The notes under the pieces are model-generated. The model ran no database searches. It was given only the letters and a program-made list of their open reading frames with translations, and had not been told where the DNA came from. The translations under genes were made by a program, and so were the position numbers. This document shows, piece after piece, positions 1 through 9,773 of a DNA stretch of 64,000 bases (position 1 is the first letter of the stretch; each line of letters starts with the position of its first letter). The DNA comes from an uncultured delta proteobacterium (GTDB lineage Bacteria > Desulfobacterota > Syntrophia > Syntrophales > UBA5619), in contig CAWFOM010000010.1 of the NCBI GenBank assembly GCA_963817385.1, forward strand, positions 224,001 to 288,000, read 5' to 3'.

Positions 1-159
1 GCCCGTCTCCCCGGTGATAACGACGACGGGGTGTTTCCGGATTGCCGCCACGATCTCATCCTTCCGCGCCATGATCGGCAGGGCAGTGGGATAGGCAAGG
101 CGGGGCAGACGCGCGCGTCGTTCCGCGATCTTTTTCTTCTGCGCATCGGATCCGGACAA
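1..159 (-). CDS. hrpA: ATP-dependent RNA helicase HrpA, N-terminus (runs off window)
   Basis: Minus-strand frame reads ..RRARLPRLAYPTALPIMARKDEIVAAIRKHPVVVITGETG, the typical HrpA start up to Walker A. Probable TTG start at 159 with GAGAGG RBS. Confidence 0.8.
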   Translation of the reverse strand, partial: MSGSDAQKKKIAERRARLPRLAYPTALPIMARKDEIVAAIRKHPVVVITGETG

Positions 160-303
160 ATTGCGGCCTCTCTGTTTATAGTGATCACAACTGGCAGGAT
201 ATTACTCATCATGAGTGTGGATGTCAAAGGTTCTCCGATTGCTTTCTCCGGCATGTTCCGTTATATTTGAACCAGAGATTATCTTTCTTACGGTGAGGTG
301 CGT

Positions 304-3006
304 ATGCCGCTCGTCACGTTTTACTTTCAGCTCCACCAGCCTTTCCGTCTCCATCCCGACCGGGACAAGTTCCTCTGGGAGGATAAGAACCGGGAGATAT
401 TCGGCAAGGTCTCCGAGAAATGCTATCTGCCGGCGACGAGGATGTTTACGGAGTTGATCTCAGCCTGGCCGGGATTCAAGATTACCTTCGGGATGTCCGG
501 TACATTTCTGGAGCAGGCCGAACTCTACCAGCCGGAGGTGATCGCCGCACTCCAGGAACTCCACGCTGCATCGAAGGCAAACGGGCAGGTCGAGTTTCTT
601 GACGAAACATACTACCACTCCCTGACCAGCCTCTTTGAAGACCCGCATCGGATGGAGTTCCGGGAGCAATCCTCTCTTCACCGGGAGAAGATGCGGCAGC
701 TCTTCGGGATCTTTCCGACCTCTTACCGGAACACGGAGTTGATGTACAACAACCATATCGCCGAAGCCGTCGACGACATGGGCTACCAGTCCATCCTCTG
801 CGAAAAGCGGGACGACATGTTCACCGGCGAGGGGGGAGCTATCTCCCCCAATGCCGTATTCAAGGCGCGCGACACGAACCTGATCGTCATCCCGCGGAAC
901 CGGGAATTGAGCGACGATGTCGCCTACCGCTTCCCCCACACCCCCGTCACGCCGGAGCAGTACGCCGGATATCTCGCTCTGATCGACGGCGAAGTTGTCC
1001 TCTTGGGGTATGATTACGAGCATATCGGGGAGCACATCTGGAGCGATCGGGGAATTTTCGATTTCTGGCGGGGACTCCCGGAGGCGCTCGCAGAGCATCC
1101 CAATGTGGTCCCCGCGACGCCGACAGAAATCGCCCAGAGTTTCCGGGAGACTCGCTGCCCGGAGGTGAGCATCCACGGTCTGGCCACCTCCTCTTGGGCG
1201 GATGCCGGCCGGAACACCTTCGGTTGGCTGGGAAACCCCACCCAGTATGAACTGTTCAGGGACGTCGAGCGAATGGAAAAGGGTGCCAAGCGTGCGGGAG
1301 GGGAACTCCTTACCAAATGGCGTCACCTGACCACCTCGGACCATGTCTATTTCCTCCACGAACGGATCGGCGAAGACCACGCGGTACACTCCTATTTCAA
1401 CCCCTACGATAACTCCATCGCTCGGCCGACGCACGTCCTAACGCGAAAGATCGACGATCTGGATGTAGTTATCCGCCGTTTCGAGGTCCTCAAGAAGAAG
1501 GAGACCACTGCTATTCTGATCATCTCCCCGGAGACGGGACGCCTTCCCGAGGATATGGGAGGACTCGCCCGGTTCATCTCCGGGAAGAGCGGCGGGCAGG
1601 GGGAGGTCGTTTCCGCACTTTGTGAGGGCCTCACCGAGCGGGGTATTGATGTTCATCTGGCGATCCTCAATCTCAAGAAACGCTTTCAGCGGGAATCCCA
1701 AATGAACGAACTTCAGTGGCGAGAGGTCCGTTACCGGATCGATTCGGAGAAGATCCACCTGGTCAGCTCCTCCATCTTTGCCGACAACCTGAGCGCCTAT
1801 GCCGGCGATCCGATCATGACGGCCGTCGAATTCCAGCGGGATATCGTCAATAACGTCATCAAGACCGTCCGGGCGCGCAGCGAAGGGAAGCTGATCATCC
1901 ACAGTCATGACTGGATGGCCGGTGGTGCGATCACCGCCTACGCGAGCGCCACGGGCCTCCCCGTACTCCACACCGTTCACAACGTTTTTACCGCCTGCCT
2001 CCCGCTGGATCACATGGGCGGCATCGGACTCAAAACCATCTCCGACCGTCTCTATTTCACCGAGATGAACGGCCAGGTGTGCATCGATTGCCAGGCGACG
2101 GCCATCAAGAATGCCACCATGATCAATTTCGTCGGGGAGCGATTTCTCCACGAGGTCGTCGAGGATTATTTCCTCGACCGGAATCTGGTACCGGCGGGCG
2201 TTCGCCAGGAGGTGAAGGAAAAGTACCGCCACGACGCCGCACGGGCCATCACCAACGCCCCCTCCTCGATGATGTACCCGGAGCGATGCGAGGCGCTCGT
2301 CCGGAAGTACAGCCCGGAGGACGACATCCTGGATGCAAAGCGGGAAAACCTCGTCGCCTTCCAGGCCAGGACGGGACTGACCGTCAAGCCGGACGCCCTC
2401 CTCTATTTCTGGCCATCACGTCTGGATAGCCTGCAGAAGGGGGTCGAACTCCTGGAACAGGTCATCCGCCCCTTTGTCGATACCTATCCCGGTGTCCAGG
2501 TAGCGATCGTGGCGGACGGGATCGGTAACGACCGGAGCCATGTTGAGCGCCTGGGTGGCATCGCCTGGAGATCAGGCGGTCGGATTGCCTACCACCCATT
2601 CAACGAGGAGCTCTCGCTCTTGGGGTATGCCGCGGCCTGCGACGTGTTCGGGGCGTCCCTCTACGAACCCTGCGGACAGATCGACCAGGTCGGTAACATC
2701 TTCGGGGCGACGGCGACGAATCGCGATACGGGGGGGTATCACGACAAGATACGGGAATTGCGTTTGAAGGCCGATGGCGCCCCGCAGGATGTGGGAAACG
2801 GTTTCCTCTTCAGGGATTACGATGTCAGGGGATTCTGGTATGCCCTCGAAAAGAGCGTCACCTTCCACCGTCTGCCCGCCGCGGTCCGGGAAAAGCAACT
2901 GCGGCGGATCATGCGGGAGGCGCGGGAGCGCTACAGCCTCGGCAACATGATCGCCGAATATATCCGAATCTACGAGAAGCTCAACGGGGGAAGGCCGCTG
3001 GTTTGA
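304..3006 (+). CDS. Fusion of GH57 alpha-amylase-like domain and GT5 glycogen/starch synthase-like domain
   Basis: N-terminal FYFQLHQP, ETYYHSL, RNTELMY and YDYEHIGEH are GH57 motifs. C-terminal KSGGQGEV, HSHDW, SRLDSLQKG and SLYEPCG are glycogen synthase motifs. Probable ATG at 304. Confidence 0.85.
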   Translation: MPLVTFYFQLHQPFRLHPDRDKFLWEDKNREIFGKVSEKCYLPATRMFTELISAWPGFKITFGMSGTFLEQAELYQPEVIAALQELHAASKANGQVEFLDETYYHSLTSLFEDPHRMEFREQSSLHREKMRQLFGIFPTSYRNTELMYNNHIAEAVDDMGYQSILCEKRDDMFTGEGGAISPNAVFKARDTNLIVIPRNRELSDDVAYRFPHTPVTPEQYAGYLALIDGEVVLLGYDYEHIGEHIWSDRGIFDFWRGLPEALAEHPNVVPATPTEIAQSFRETRCPEVSIHGLATSSWADAGRNTFGWLGNPTQYELFRDVERMEKGAKRAGGELLTKWRHLTTSDHVYFLHERIGEDHAVHSYFNPYDNSIARPTHVLTRKIDDLDVVIRRFEVLKKKETTAILIISPETGRLPEDMGGLARFISGKSGGQGEVVSALCEGLTERGIDVHLAILNLKKRFQRESQMNELQWREVRYRIDSEKIHLVSSSIFADNLSAYAGDPIMTAVEFQRDIVNNVIKTVRARSEGKLIIHSHDWMAGGAITAYASATGLPVLHTVHNVFTACLPLDHMGGIGLKTISDRLYFTEMNGQVCIDCQATAIKNATMINFVGERFLHEVVEDYFLDRNLVPAGVRQEVKEKYRHDAARAITNAPSSMMYPERCEALVRKYSPEDDILDAKRENLVAFQARTGLTVKPDALLYFWPSRLDSLQKGVELLEQVIRPFVDTYPGVQVAIVADGIGNDRSHVERLGGIAWRSGGRIAYHPFNEELSLLGYAAACDVFGASLYEPCGQIDQVGNIFGATATNRDTGGYHDKIRELRLKADGAPQDVGNGFLFRDYDVRGFWYALEKSVTFHRLPAAVREKQLRRIMREARERYSLGNMIAEYIRIYEKLNGGRPLV

Positions 3007-3019
3007 TCCACCGGCCGGA

Positions 3020-4351
3020 TCAGCCCCCGAGGCTTTTCGACACGCGGAGGGCAATCCCTCTGACGCGCCGCATCACCTCGACCTCATCGATTGTAAGGAG
3101 CCGCCGGTCCTTCATGACCACCCTCCCATTGATCAGGACAGTATCGACGTCCGTTCCGCCGACGGTGTAAACCAGGTGGGAATATTCGTCGTACAGGGGG
3201 GTCAGGTGTGGCTTGTTCATATCGATGATGCAAAGATCCGCCTTTTTCCCCGCTTCCAGGGTCCCGACGAGCCGCTCCATCCCCAGAACCCTGGCTCCAT
3301 CGCAGGTGGCCATCCTGAGCACGCTCTTCGCCGGCATGACTGTCGGATCAAGGAGAGCCACTTTTCCCAGTTTCGCCGCCGTATCCATCTCCTGGAACAT
3401 GTCGAGGTTGTTGTTGCTGGCGCATCCGTCCGTCCCCAGTCCGACGACGATTCCGTGCCGCAGCATAGCGGGGATCGGCGCAACACCGGAGGCCAGTTTC
3501 ATGTTGCTCTCCGGGTTATGGACCACCTTGCAGCCGTGATCGGCGAAGAGACGCATGTCCTCCTCGGTCATCATGACGCAGTGAAACGCGATGAACCGCT
3601 CGTCGAGTAACCCGATCTCCTCCAGGAAACGGGTTGCCCGTTTGCGGCACTTCTCCTCCAGTTGCTTCACCTCTGCCTTGTTTTCCAGGAGATGCATGGC
3701 GAGCGGAACCAGGTGGCGGTCTGCAAGTTCCTTGGCCGTTTTGAGAAGTTCCGGCGAACAGGTGTAGAGGGCATGGGGTTCCACCATGATGTTGATGAGG
3801 GGATCGTCTGCCCATTTCAGGATGAGATTTTCCGTATAGGCCAAACCCTCCGCAGGTGTCTTTCCGTTGGGTGAGGGGAAATCGAAGAGGACCTCGCCCA
3901 GGAGACAGCGCATCCCGGCCTGTTTGGCCGCCTGGGCCGTCTCCTCCTCGAAGATGTACATGTCGGAAAAGGTTGTCGTTCCCGATTTGATCATCTCCGC
4001 GCAGGCCAGCATACTTCCCCAATAGGCGAGCTCCGGATCGACATTCCGGGCTTCGGCGGGGAAGATGTAGTTGTTGAGCCAGTCCATCAGCTCCATGTCG
4101 TCGGCGATCCCGCGGAAACAGGTCATTGCTGCATGGGTGTGGCCGTTGATGAGTCCCGGCATGATGATGGAATGGGGGGCGTCGAGCGTTTCGCGCCCCT
4201 GGCAGACAGCCAGGATCTCCGCCCTGCCTCCCAGAGCGACAATCGTGTCGCCGTCGATGGCCAGAGCCCCGTCATTGATGATGGTGTCGCGCTCATCCAT
4301 CGTCAGAATCGTTCCGCCGGTAATCAAGATGTCTACCGTTTTCAAAAGCAT
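3020..4351 (-). CDS. Amidohydrolase, 5-methylthioadenosine/S-adenosylhomocysteine deaminase-like
   Basis: PGLINGHTH, HNPESNMKLASG and GTDGCASNNNLD motifs. Confidence 0.88.
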   Translation of the reverse strand: MLLKTVDILITGGTILTMDERDTIINDGALAIDGDTIVALGGRAEILAVCQGRETLDAPHSIIMPGLINGHTHAAMTCFRGIADDMELMDWLNNYIFPAEARNVDPELAYWGSMLACAEMIKSGTTTFSDMYIFEEETAQAAKQAGMRCLLGEVLFDFPSPNGKTPAEGLAYTENLILKWADDPLINIMVEPHALYTCSPELLKTAKELADRHLVPLAMHLLENKAEVKQLEEKCRKRATRFLEEIGLLDERFIAFHCVMMTEEDMRLFADHGCKVVHNPESNMKLASGVAPIPAMLRHGIVVGLGTDGCASNNNLDMFQEMDTAAKLGKVALLDPTVMPAKSVLRMATCDGARVLGMERLVGTLEAGKKADLCIIDMNKPHLTPLYDEYSHLVYTVGGTDVDTVLINGRVVMKDRRLLTIDEVEVMRRVRGIALRVSKSLGG

Positions 4352-4394
4352 ATCTCCTTATGCACTTCTATAAACATCTCGCGGGGCAGGGTTG

Positions 4395-5780
4395 TCAGGA
4401 AATTCCGGCGGGGGGAGACGGGGCACCCCCTCGCCGGTGGTATTCCCAGGCTATGTCGATCGATGCGGCGATTTTCCGCACCTCTGCCATGACCGAGGAA
4501 ATATCGATCGTGAGAAACTTGCGGTCCCTCATGACCACCCTGCCGCCGATGATAACCGTGGCAACATCGGCGCCGGAGGCGGCGTAGACGAGCTGGGAGA
4601 ATGGACGGTAGAGGGGTGTCAAGTGCGGTTTTTTTAAGTCCACCAGAATGATATCCGCATATTTTCCGGGAGTGATGGAGCCGATCCGATCCGCCATGCC
4701 AAGGACGCGCGCCCCGCCGAGCGTGGCCATCTCCACGACCTTCTCCGCCGGAAGAACGGTAGGATCCTCCGAGAACACCTTGTGGAGCTTCGCACACATC
4801 CCCATCTCGCCGAAGAGATCGAGGTTATTATTGCTTGCGGCCCCGTCGGTTCCCAACCCGACGTCGATTCCGCGGCGGAGCATTGCTGGAACGGGGGCGA
4901 CGCCGGCGCCAAGCTTCATGTTGCTTTCCGGATCGTGGGCCACCTTCACGCCGGATGCCGCGAGGACATCGAGTTCATCCTCGGTCACCCATATGCAATG
5001 GGCGGCAATCGTCTTTTCGTCGAGCAGATCCAGGTCTCGCAGGTGATGAACCGGTTTTTTCCCGTATCGTTCCCGGATCAGGGAGACTTCATCGCTGGTT
5101 TCGGACAGGTGGATCTGGAAGGTTACTCCGGCGTCCCCGGCGATAGTCTTGATCGTCCGGAGGGTATCGGGGGAGCAGGTGTAGGGTGAATGACAGACCA
5201 GTGACGGAGTTATGAGCGGCGAGCGGTTCTGCCACTTCCCGATGAAATGCTCGGCATGCTCTCGCTGCCGGGAAGTATCGGATTGCTCGGGCGTCGGAAA
5301 ATCGATGAACCCTTGGGCAGCAACGCCCCGCATCCCGCATGCGATCGCCGCCCTTGCCACGGCCCCTTCGTAGAAGTATCCGTCGCAGAAAGTGGTCGTC
5401 CCGGAGAGGATCATCTCGGCAATCGCCAGCATTGAACCGGCATAGACGGTATCGCGGTTGATGAATCGTCCTTCGGCGGGGAAGATGTAGTCGTTGAGCC
5501 ATCTCATCAGAGGAAGATCGTCGGCGAGTCCTCGGAAGAGTACCATCGGAAGATGTGTGTGGGTATTCACCAGGCCCGGCATGATGAGACAGCCCGAGGC
5601 ATCGATTCTCTCGTCGGCATCCGGACAAGGTCCCGTTGCATAGGGACCTTTTTGAACGAAGACGATCTTTCCGTCGCGGATGCCGATCATCGGCTCCTCG
5701 ACGATATCTGCCGGCTCCTCCATGGTGAGCAGGGTTCCACCGGTGATAAGGATATCGAGTTTATTATCCATGCCGTCCAT
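4395..5780 (-). CDS. Second MTA/SAH deaminase-like amidohydrolase (paralog)
   Basis: [24 protein letters not shown] and [12 protein letters not shown] motifs. Alternative start at 5771. Confidence 0.88.
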   Translation of the reverse strand: MDGMDNKLDILITGGTLLTMEEPADIVEEPMIGIRDGKIVFVQKGPYATGPCPDADERIDASGCLIMPGLVNTHTHLPMVLFRGLADDLPLMRWLNDYIFPAEGRFINRDTVYAGSMLAIAEMILSGTTTFCDGYFYEGAVARAAIACGMRGVAAQGFIDFPTPEQSDTSRQREHAEHFIGKWQNRSPLITPSLVCHSPYTCSPDTLRTIKTIAGDAGVTFQIHLSETSDEVSLIRERYGKKPVHHLRDLDLLDEKTIAAHCIWVTEDELDVLAASGVKVAHDPESNMKLGAGVAPVPAMLRRGIDVGLGTDGAASNNNLDLFGEMGMCAKLHKVFSEDPTVLPAEKVVEMATLGGARVLGMADRIGSITPGKYADIILVDLKKPHLTPLYRPFSQLVYAASGADVATVIIGGRVVMRDRKFLTIDISSVMAEVRKIAASIDIAWEYHRRGGAPSPPAGIS

Positions 5781-6133
5781 AGAAAATGATGCCTGTTATG
5801 ATGGCATACATTGGCACAGAATGCCGTAAATTTCCATCAGAAGAACGAACCTCCACAGCGAAGCAGGAAGAATAATCGATTCTTAAGACGAATTCGAGAT
5901 TTCTTTTATGCGCGCGCTGGCGGATGGATAAGGCTTATGACGACAATAGAACGTTGACAACTATCAAATAATCGTTTACGGTTCCTCTCCATGAGCGGTA
6001 TAAAATAACAAAGAATACGTTATGGGAACTGTATTGGGGAAATCGTACTGTTTGGTATTATTGAGGGTTAGTGATCAGGTTAACGATTGAGAAATACTGA
6101 ACGCATATTGAAATGCTTAATATATCATAACAT

Positions 6134-6221
6134 GCCTGGGTGGCGGAATTGGTAGACGCAAGGGACTTAAAATCCCTCGGTCCTTGAGGCTGTGCGGGTT
6201 CGATTCCCGCCCCAGGCACCA
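6134..6221 (+). tRNA. tRNA-Leu (anticodon TAA)
   Basis: Acceptor stem GCCTGGG/CCCAGGC plus ACCA, D-arm GGCGGAATTGGTAGACGC, anticodon arm AGGGA-CTTAAAA-TCCCT, long variable arm, T-loop GGTTCGATTCC. Confidence 0.97.
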
Positions 6222-6651
6222 GAACAATATAAAGAGCTTAGCCAAACACGGCAAGCCCTTTTTTATTTTACTCTGCTACGGAATGGCTACGATTTATGTT
6301 TTAATGCTGTCATTAAGACATTAAAGTTATCCACATTTCTTCCCAATTTCCGCCATCGTTTCCGCAGACATCCATGCTGCGAAGGGGATATTTGGTAACA
6401 TATAGATATCGTTGAGATGCTGAATGAATGCTTGAAGGGGTCTGCGGAAAGAAAACTTATGACGGGATTTCAATGGCTTGGTGTGATAATAATGCAGATA
6501 AAAGGAGGTCATGTGACATGAAAAGCGTTTCCGGTGACAGATCTGCGGAAAGGATGTTCCAGGCAGTTGAAAATTATGGACATTGGGGAACCGTTGACCG
6601 AACCGACCTGATTTAAGAAGCACCGTTTGCACCAAGGAGGAGAGAACCCTC

Positions 6652-6939
6652 ATGAGCCTGACGAAAATTGACATCATCGAATCCGCTTACGAGCAACTCG
6701 ACATCCCCAAGAAAGACTGCACCAGTATTGTTGAGAGCCTCTTTGATCTCATCAAGGAGGATCTCGGCAAGGGTCATGACGTTATGATCTCCGGATTTGG
6801 CAAATGGACGGTCAAGGCAAAAAAGAAGCGAAGGGGCAGGAATCCACAGACTGGAGAAGTACTGACCATTGATGCGCGAAGGGTTGTAACCTTCAAGCCG
6901 TCTACAGTGCTCAAGGATGCAATAAATTGGAGAGACCGA
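6652..6939 (+). CDS. Integration host factor (IHF alpha-like) subunit; natural stop apparently lost, so the ORF reads through to 7086
   Basis: MSLTKIDI..ISGFGKW..GRNPQTGE..RRVVTFKPS. CGA at 6937-6939 aligns with TGA in the duplicate at 7752-7754. Confidence 0.85.
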
Positions 6940-6948
6940 GGGTTCGCC

Positions 6949-7124
6949 GTGGCTGAGAAACTCGATTCCAACCAAGTAGTCGATCTCCAGGAGCTGCTCA
7001 TGTCAGGAATTATTCAATCGGAAGCCCTGATCAATCTGCTCGCCGTAAAGGGATCATCACCAAGGAGGAACTCCTGGAAGAGATGAAACGGATACAGGCA
7101 ACGATAATAAAAGCGGAGCATTAA
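6949..7124 (+). pseudogene. Small conserved hypothetical protein (copy 1), frameshifted near 7042
   Basis: MAEKLDSNQVVDLQELLMSGIIQSEALINLL / RKGIITKEELLEEMKRIQ; paralogous to 8698-8866. Confidence 0.7.
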
Positions 7125-7163
7125 ATAACTAATCTACACTGCTGCAATAATTGGAATTCAGAT

Positions 7164-7640
7164 ATGCCAAATCCCATGCGTCAGAAGGCTATTGAAGGTC
7201 TTAAAGCAGGTGACTCATTTACCTACTCACGTACCTTCAAAAAAGAGGAAACAGAACAATTTGGCGATATGACGCGAGACTATAATCCGGTACATTATGA
7301 CCACAGATGGGCCAAATCGAAAGGGTTTGATCGTTTGATTTGTCATGGGCTATTGGTTGGTTCCATGGTATGCGAATTTGGTGGACAAGTGGGTTGGTTG
7401 GCTACCGGCTTGAATTTCAAGTTCATGAAGCCTGTCTATTTTGATGAAACGATCACTTGCACGATAACGATAACAAAGATTGAAAAATCCGGAAAAGCTG
7501 ATGCGGAGGCGTTTTTTTTCAATGCTTCCGGAGAAAAGGTTTGCTGCTGTCTTATGACCGGCAGATTGCCATACTCGCGTGAACAAAATATTTTAGCGCA
7601 GATGATTGAGGAGGGAGATCCGACCAACAAACTGTCGTGA
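7164..7640 (+). CDS. MaoC family (R)-enoyl-CoA hydratase, hot-dog fold
   Basis: FGDMTRDYNPVHYD and ICHGLL hydratase motifs. Confidence 0.85.
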   Translation: MPNPMRQKAIEGLKAGDSFTYSRTFKKEETEQFGDMTRDYNPVHYDHRWAKSKGFDRLICHGLLVGSMVCEFGGQVGWLATGLNFKFMKPVYFDETITCTITITKIEKSGKADAEAFFFNASGEKVCCCLMTGRLPYSREQNILAQMIEEGDPTNKLS

Positions 7641-7667
7641 TACGCCAGTGCCCCAGTGGGGACGTTG

Positions 7668-7754
7668 GGAGAAGATCTGACCATTGATGCGAAAAGGGCT
7701 GCTACCTTCAAGCCGTCCACTGTGTTGCGGGATGCGGTAAATTCGAGAGACTGA
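7668..7754 (+). repeat. Diverged duplicate of the 3' end of the IHF gene (6853-6939)
   Basis: GGAGAAG..CTGACCATTGATGCG..ACCTTCAAGCCGTC..GGATGC..TAAATT..GAGAGAC is shared at the same length in both copies. Confidence 0.85.
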
Positions 7755-7791
7755 ATGCCCGTGCACAAAAATTCTCAATAAAGGATAAGCC

Positions 7792-8538
7792 ATGAAGGTT
7801 TTCTTCCACGAAAGATTCCACGAGGTATACACATCTGATCCGGCGGCGGCGCCAGGTCGAATTGCGACCGTCGTTACGGCACTCCAGGGCCGGGTAGACT
7901 TCGTGGCGGCGGAGCCTGTGGAGGCCGGAGACATCCTTGCCGTCCATGAACCTGCCCATGTGGAGGACGTGAAGCGCAAGGGACTGTATGAAATCGCCGC
8001 CCTTGCCGCTGGCGGCGCTGCTCAGGCAGCGGAACTGGGCCTTGTCGAGCCGTGTTTCGCTCTCATCCGACCGCCCGGACATCACGCCTCGGCTGGGAGC
8101 GCTTGGGGATTCTGCTACTTCAATAACATGGCCGTCGCTCTGGAGAGACTGCACCGGAAAGGGGCCATCGCCAACGCCTTCGTCCTTGATTTCGATCTGC
8201 ACTTCGGCGACGGCACGGTCAATATCCTCGGCGAAAAAGGCTATGCGACCATCTTTAATCCCTCGTCCACGGATCCGCGCGAATACGTGGTGTCAGTCGA
8301 GGAACGCCTCGCCTCGCAGGCTTGGGATATCATCGGCGTGTCAGCAGGCTTCGACAATCATGTGGCCGATTGGGGCGGGCTCCTCTCCACAGACGACTAC
8401 CGCACTATGGGACGCATCGTGCGCCGGGCGGCTCTCCAGAGCAAGGGTGGTTGCTTTGGCATCCTCGAAGGGGGCTACAACCACCAAGTCCTCTGTGGGA
8501 ACGTCCTCGCCTTCATCGAGGGGATGGAGGAGGGATAG
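7792..8538 (+). CDS. Histone deacetylase family (AcuC/AphA-like) protein
   Basis: RPPGHHA, GFCYFNN, DFDLHFGDG, SAGFD and LEGGY motifs. Confidence 0.9.
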   Translation: MKVFFHERFHEVYTSDPAAAPGRIATVVTALQGRVDFVAAEPVEAGDILAVHEPAHVEDVKRKGLYEIAALAAGGAAQAAELGLVEPCFALIRPPGHHASAGSAWGFCYFNNMAVALERLHRKGAIANAFVLDFDLHFGDGTVNILGEKGYATIFNPSSTDPREYVVSVEERLASQAWDIIGVSAGFDNHVADWGGLLSTDDYRTMGRIVRRAALQSKGGCFGILEGGYNHQVLCGNVLAFIEGMEEG

Positions 8539-8697
8539 GAAGGCGGAAAGGATGGTGTGCGGCAAATGGCGTTTCGGGGAGAACAACCCGCTCGCTGGGA
8601 TCTTACAACATAGCTTTCCTGGGTTGTCAATGGCCTTCGTGAAACCCAGGTGATGATCGAGTATGCTACATTCCATAATTGAAGGTGCGGTGAGGGT

Positions 8698-8866
8698 ATG
8701 GCCAGTCAACTCAATCCCAAAGAAATTGTCGATCTCCGGGAACTGCTTATGTCCGGGATTATTCAATCGGAAGCTTTGATCAACCTACTCGATCGTAAGG
8801 GCATCATCACCAAGGAGGAGCTGCCCGGAGGAGATGAAACGAGTACAGGTGACCTTGCTGTGGTAG
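8698..8866 (+). pseudogene. Small conserved hypothetical protein (copy 2), frameshifted near 8825
   Basis: MASQLNPKEIVDLRELLMSGIIQSEALINLLDRKGIITKEEL / EEMKRVQ. Confidence 0.7.
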
Positions 8867-8878
8867 AAGGAGAATACA

Positions 8879-9391
8879 ATGGAAGTCAAAACGGAAGGGA
8901 AGAGCGTCAAAGAGAGTAGCGTCGTAATGTCACAGCTCATGAGCATCCAGGACACCAATATCGCGGGTAACGTCCATGGCGGGGTGATCATGAAGCTCAT
9001 CGATACCGCGGCAGGTGTAGCGGCGGTCCGGCACGCAAGAGCCACTGTGGTCACTGCCTCCATCGACCGGCTGGATTTTCACCATCCTGTTTTTGTCGGC
9101 GACTTGCTGACCCTACGGGCGAGTCTCAACCACGTCGGGCGGACCTCCATGGAGGTGGGGGTCCGGGTAGAGACCGAGAACCCCTTGACGGGTAAAAGAC
9201 AACATACGGCCTCTGCCTACCTCACCTTCGTAGCCCTCGACCGAAACCGCCGGCCAATGCCTCTTCCTCTCTTGAACATTGCAACCGATGAAGAGATCCG
9301 TCGGAACAGGGAAGCCAGGGCCAGGCGGGAAATGAGGCTTGTCGAAAAGAAGAAGGAGAAGGCATGTCAGCTCAAGGCCGAAAACTGCTAA
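8879..9391 (+). CDS. Acyl-CoA thioesterase (YciA-like hot-dog)
   Basis: DTNIAGNVHGG, VGRTSMEVGVRV and SAYLTFVALD motifs. Confidence 0.92.
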   Translation: MEVKTEGKSVKESSVVMSQLMSIQDTNIAGNVHGGVIMKLIDTAAGVAAVRHARATVVTASIDRLDFHHPVFVGDLLTLRASLNHVGRTSMEVGVRVETENPLTGKRQHTASAYLTFVALDRNRRPMPLPLLNIATDEEIRRNREARARREMRLVEKKKEKACQLKAENC

Positions 9392-9425
9392 CACGACCAC
9401 CTGATATGGTATGTGGAGATAAACG

Positions 9426-9461
9426 ATGATCCAGATAATCGTCTCTGGTGGCCAGACAGGC
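9426..9461 (+). pseudogene. N-terminal stub of a putative molybdenum-cofactor carrier family gene
   Basis: GGAG RBS, then MIQIIVSGGQTG, the family's characteristic start; similarity stops there. Confidence 0.5.
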
Positions 9462-9773
9462 GGGCGAATCGTGGGCGATACGGCAGTGCTCGTCGGGGAG
9501 CTTCTGGAACGTGTTATGGAGCCTGAAGCCGGTTAGTACGGGCTACAGTAGGTTATGTTGTCGATGGCGGAGTAGATGCCTATCAGGAATTTCTGGATGG
9601 GTTTTACGAAGAGTATAAGGGAATGATGGCTCCTACCCAGTATGAGGCTGCAAAGGAGGATTTTGAGTACTTCATGAGGCTGGTGGATCTGGCGATTCAG
9701 TATTCGGTGACTGCCTCTCCGTCATCTATGTAACAGTGCTGTGTCCGGTGAAATAGGGGGTAACTCTACCAGT

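Noticed and set aside
460..2232. Long antisense ORFs (also 27605-29059, 40253-41446, 19189-20139 and others)
   Set aside because: They shadow well-supported genes on the opposite strand and have no recognisable motifs.
5800..5826. Sigma54 promoter-like TGGCA motifs
   Set aside because: The GG-to-GC spacing does not fit -24/-12.
6327..6677. Possible integrase C-terminal remnant next to the tRNA
   Set aside because: No tyrosine-recombinase catalytic motif was recognisable in the frames examined.
6652..7086. 144-aa IHF fusion protein as a novel architecture
   Set aside because: Better explained by loss of the IHF stop codon and read-through into a frameshifted neighbour.
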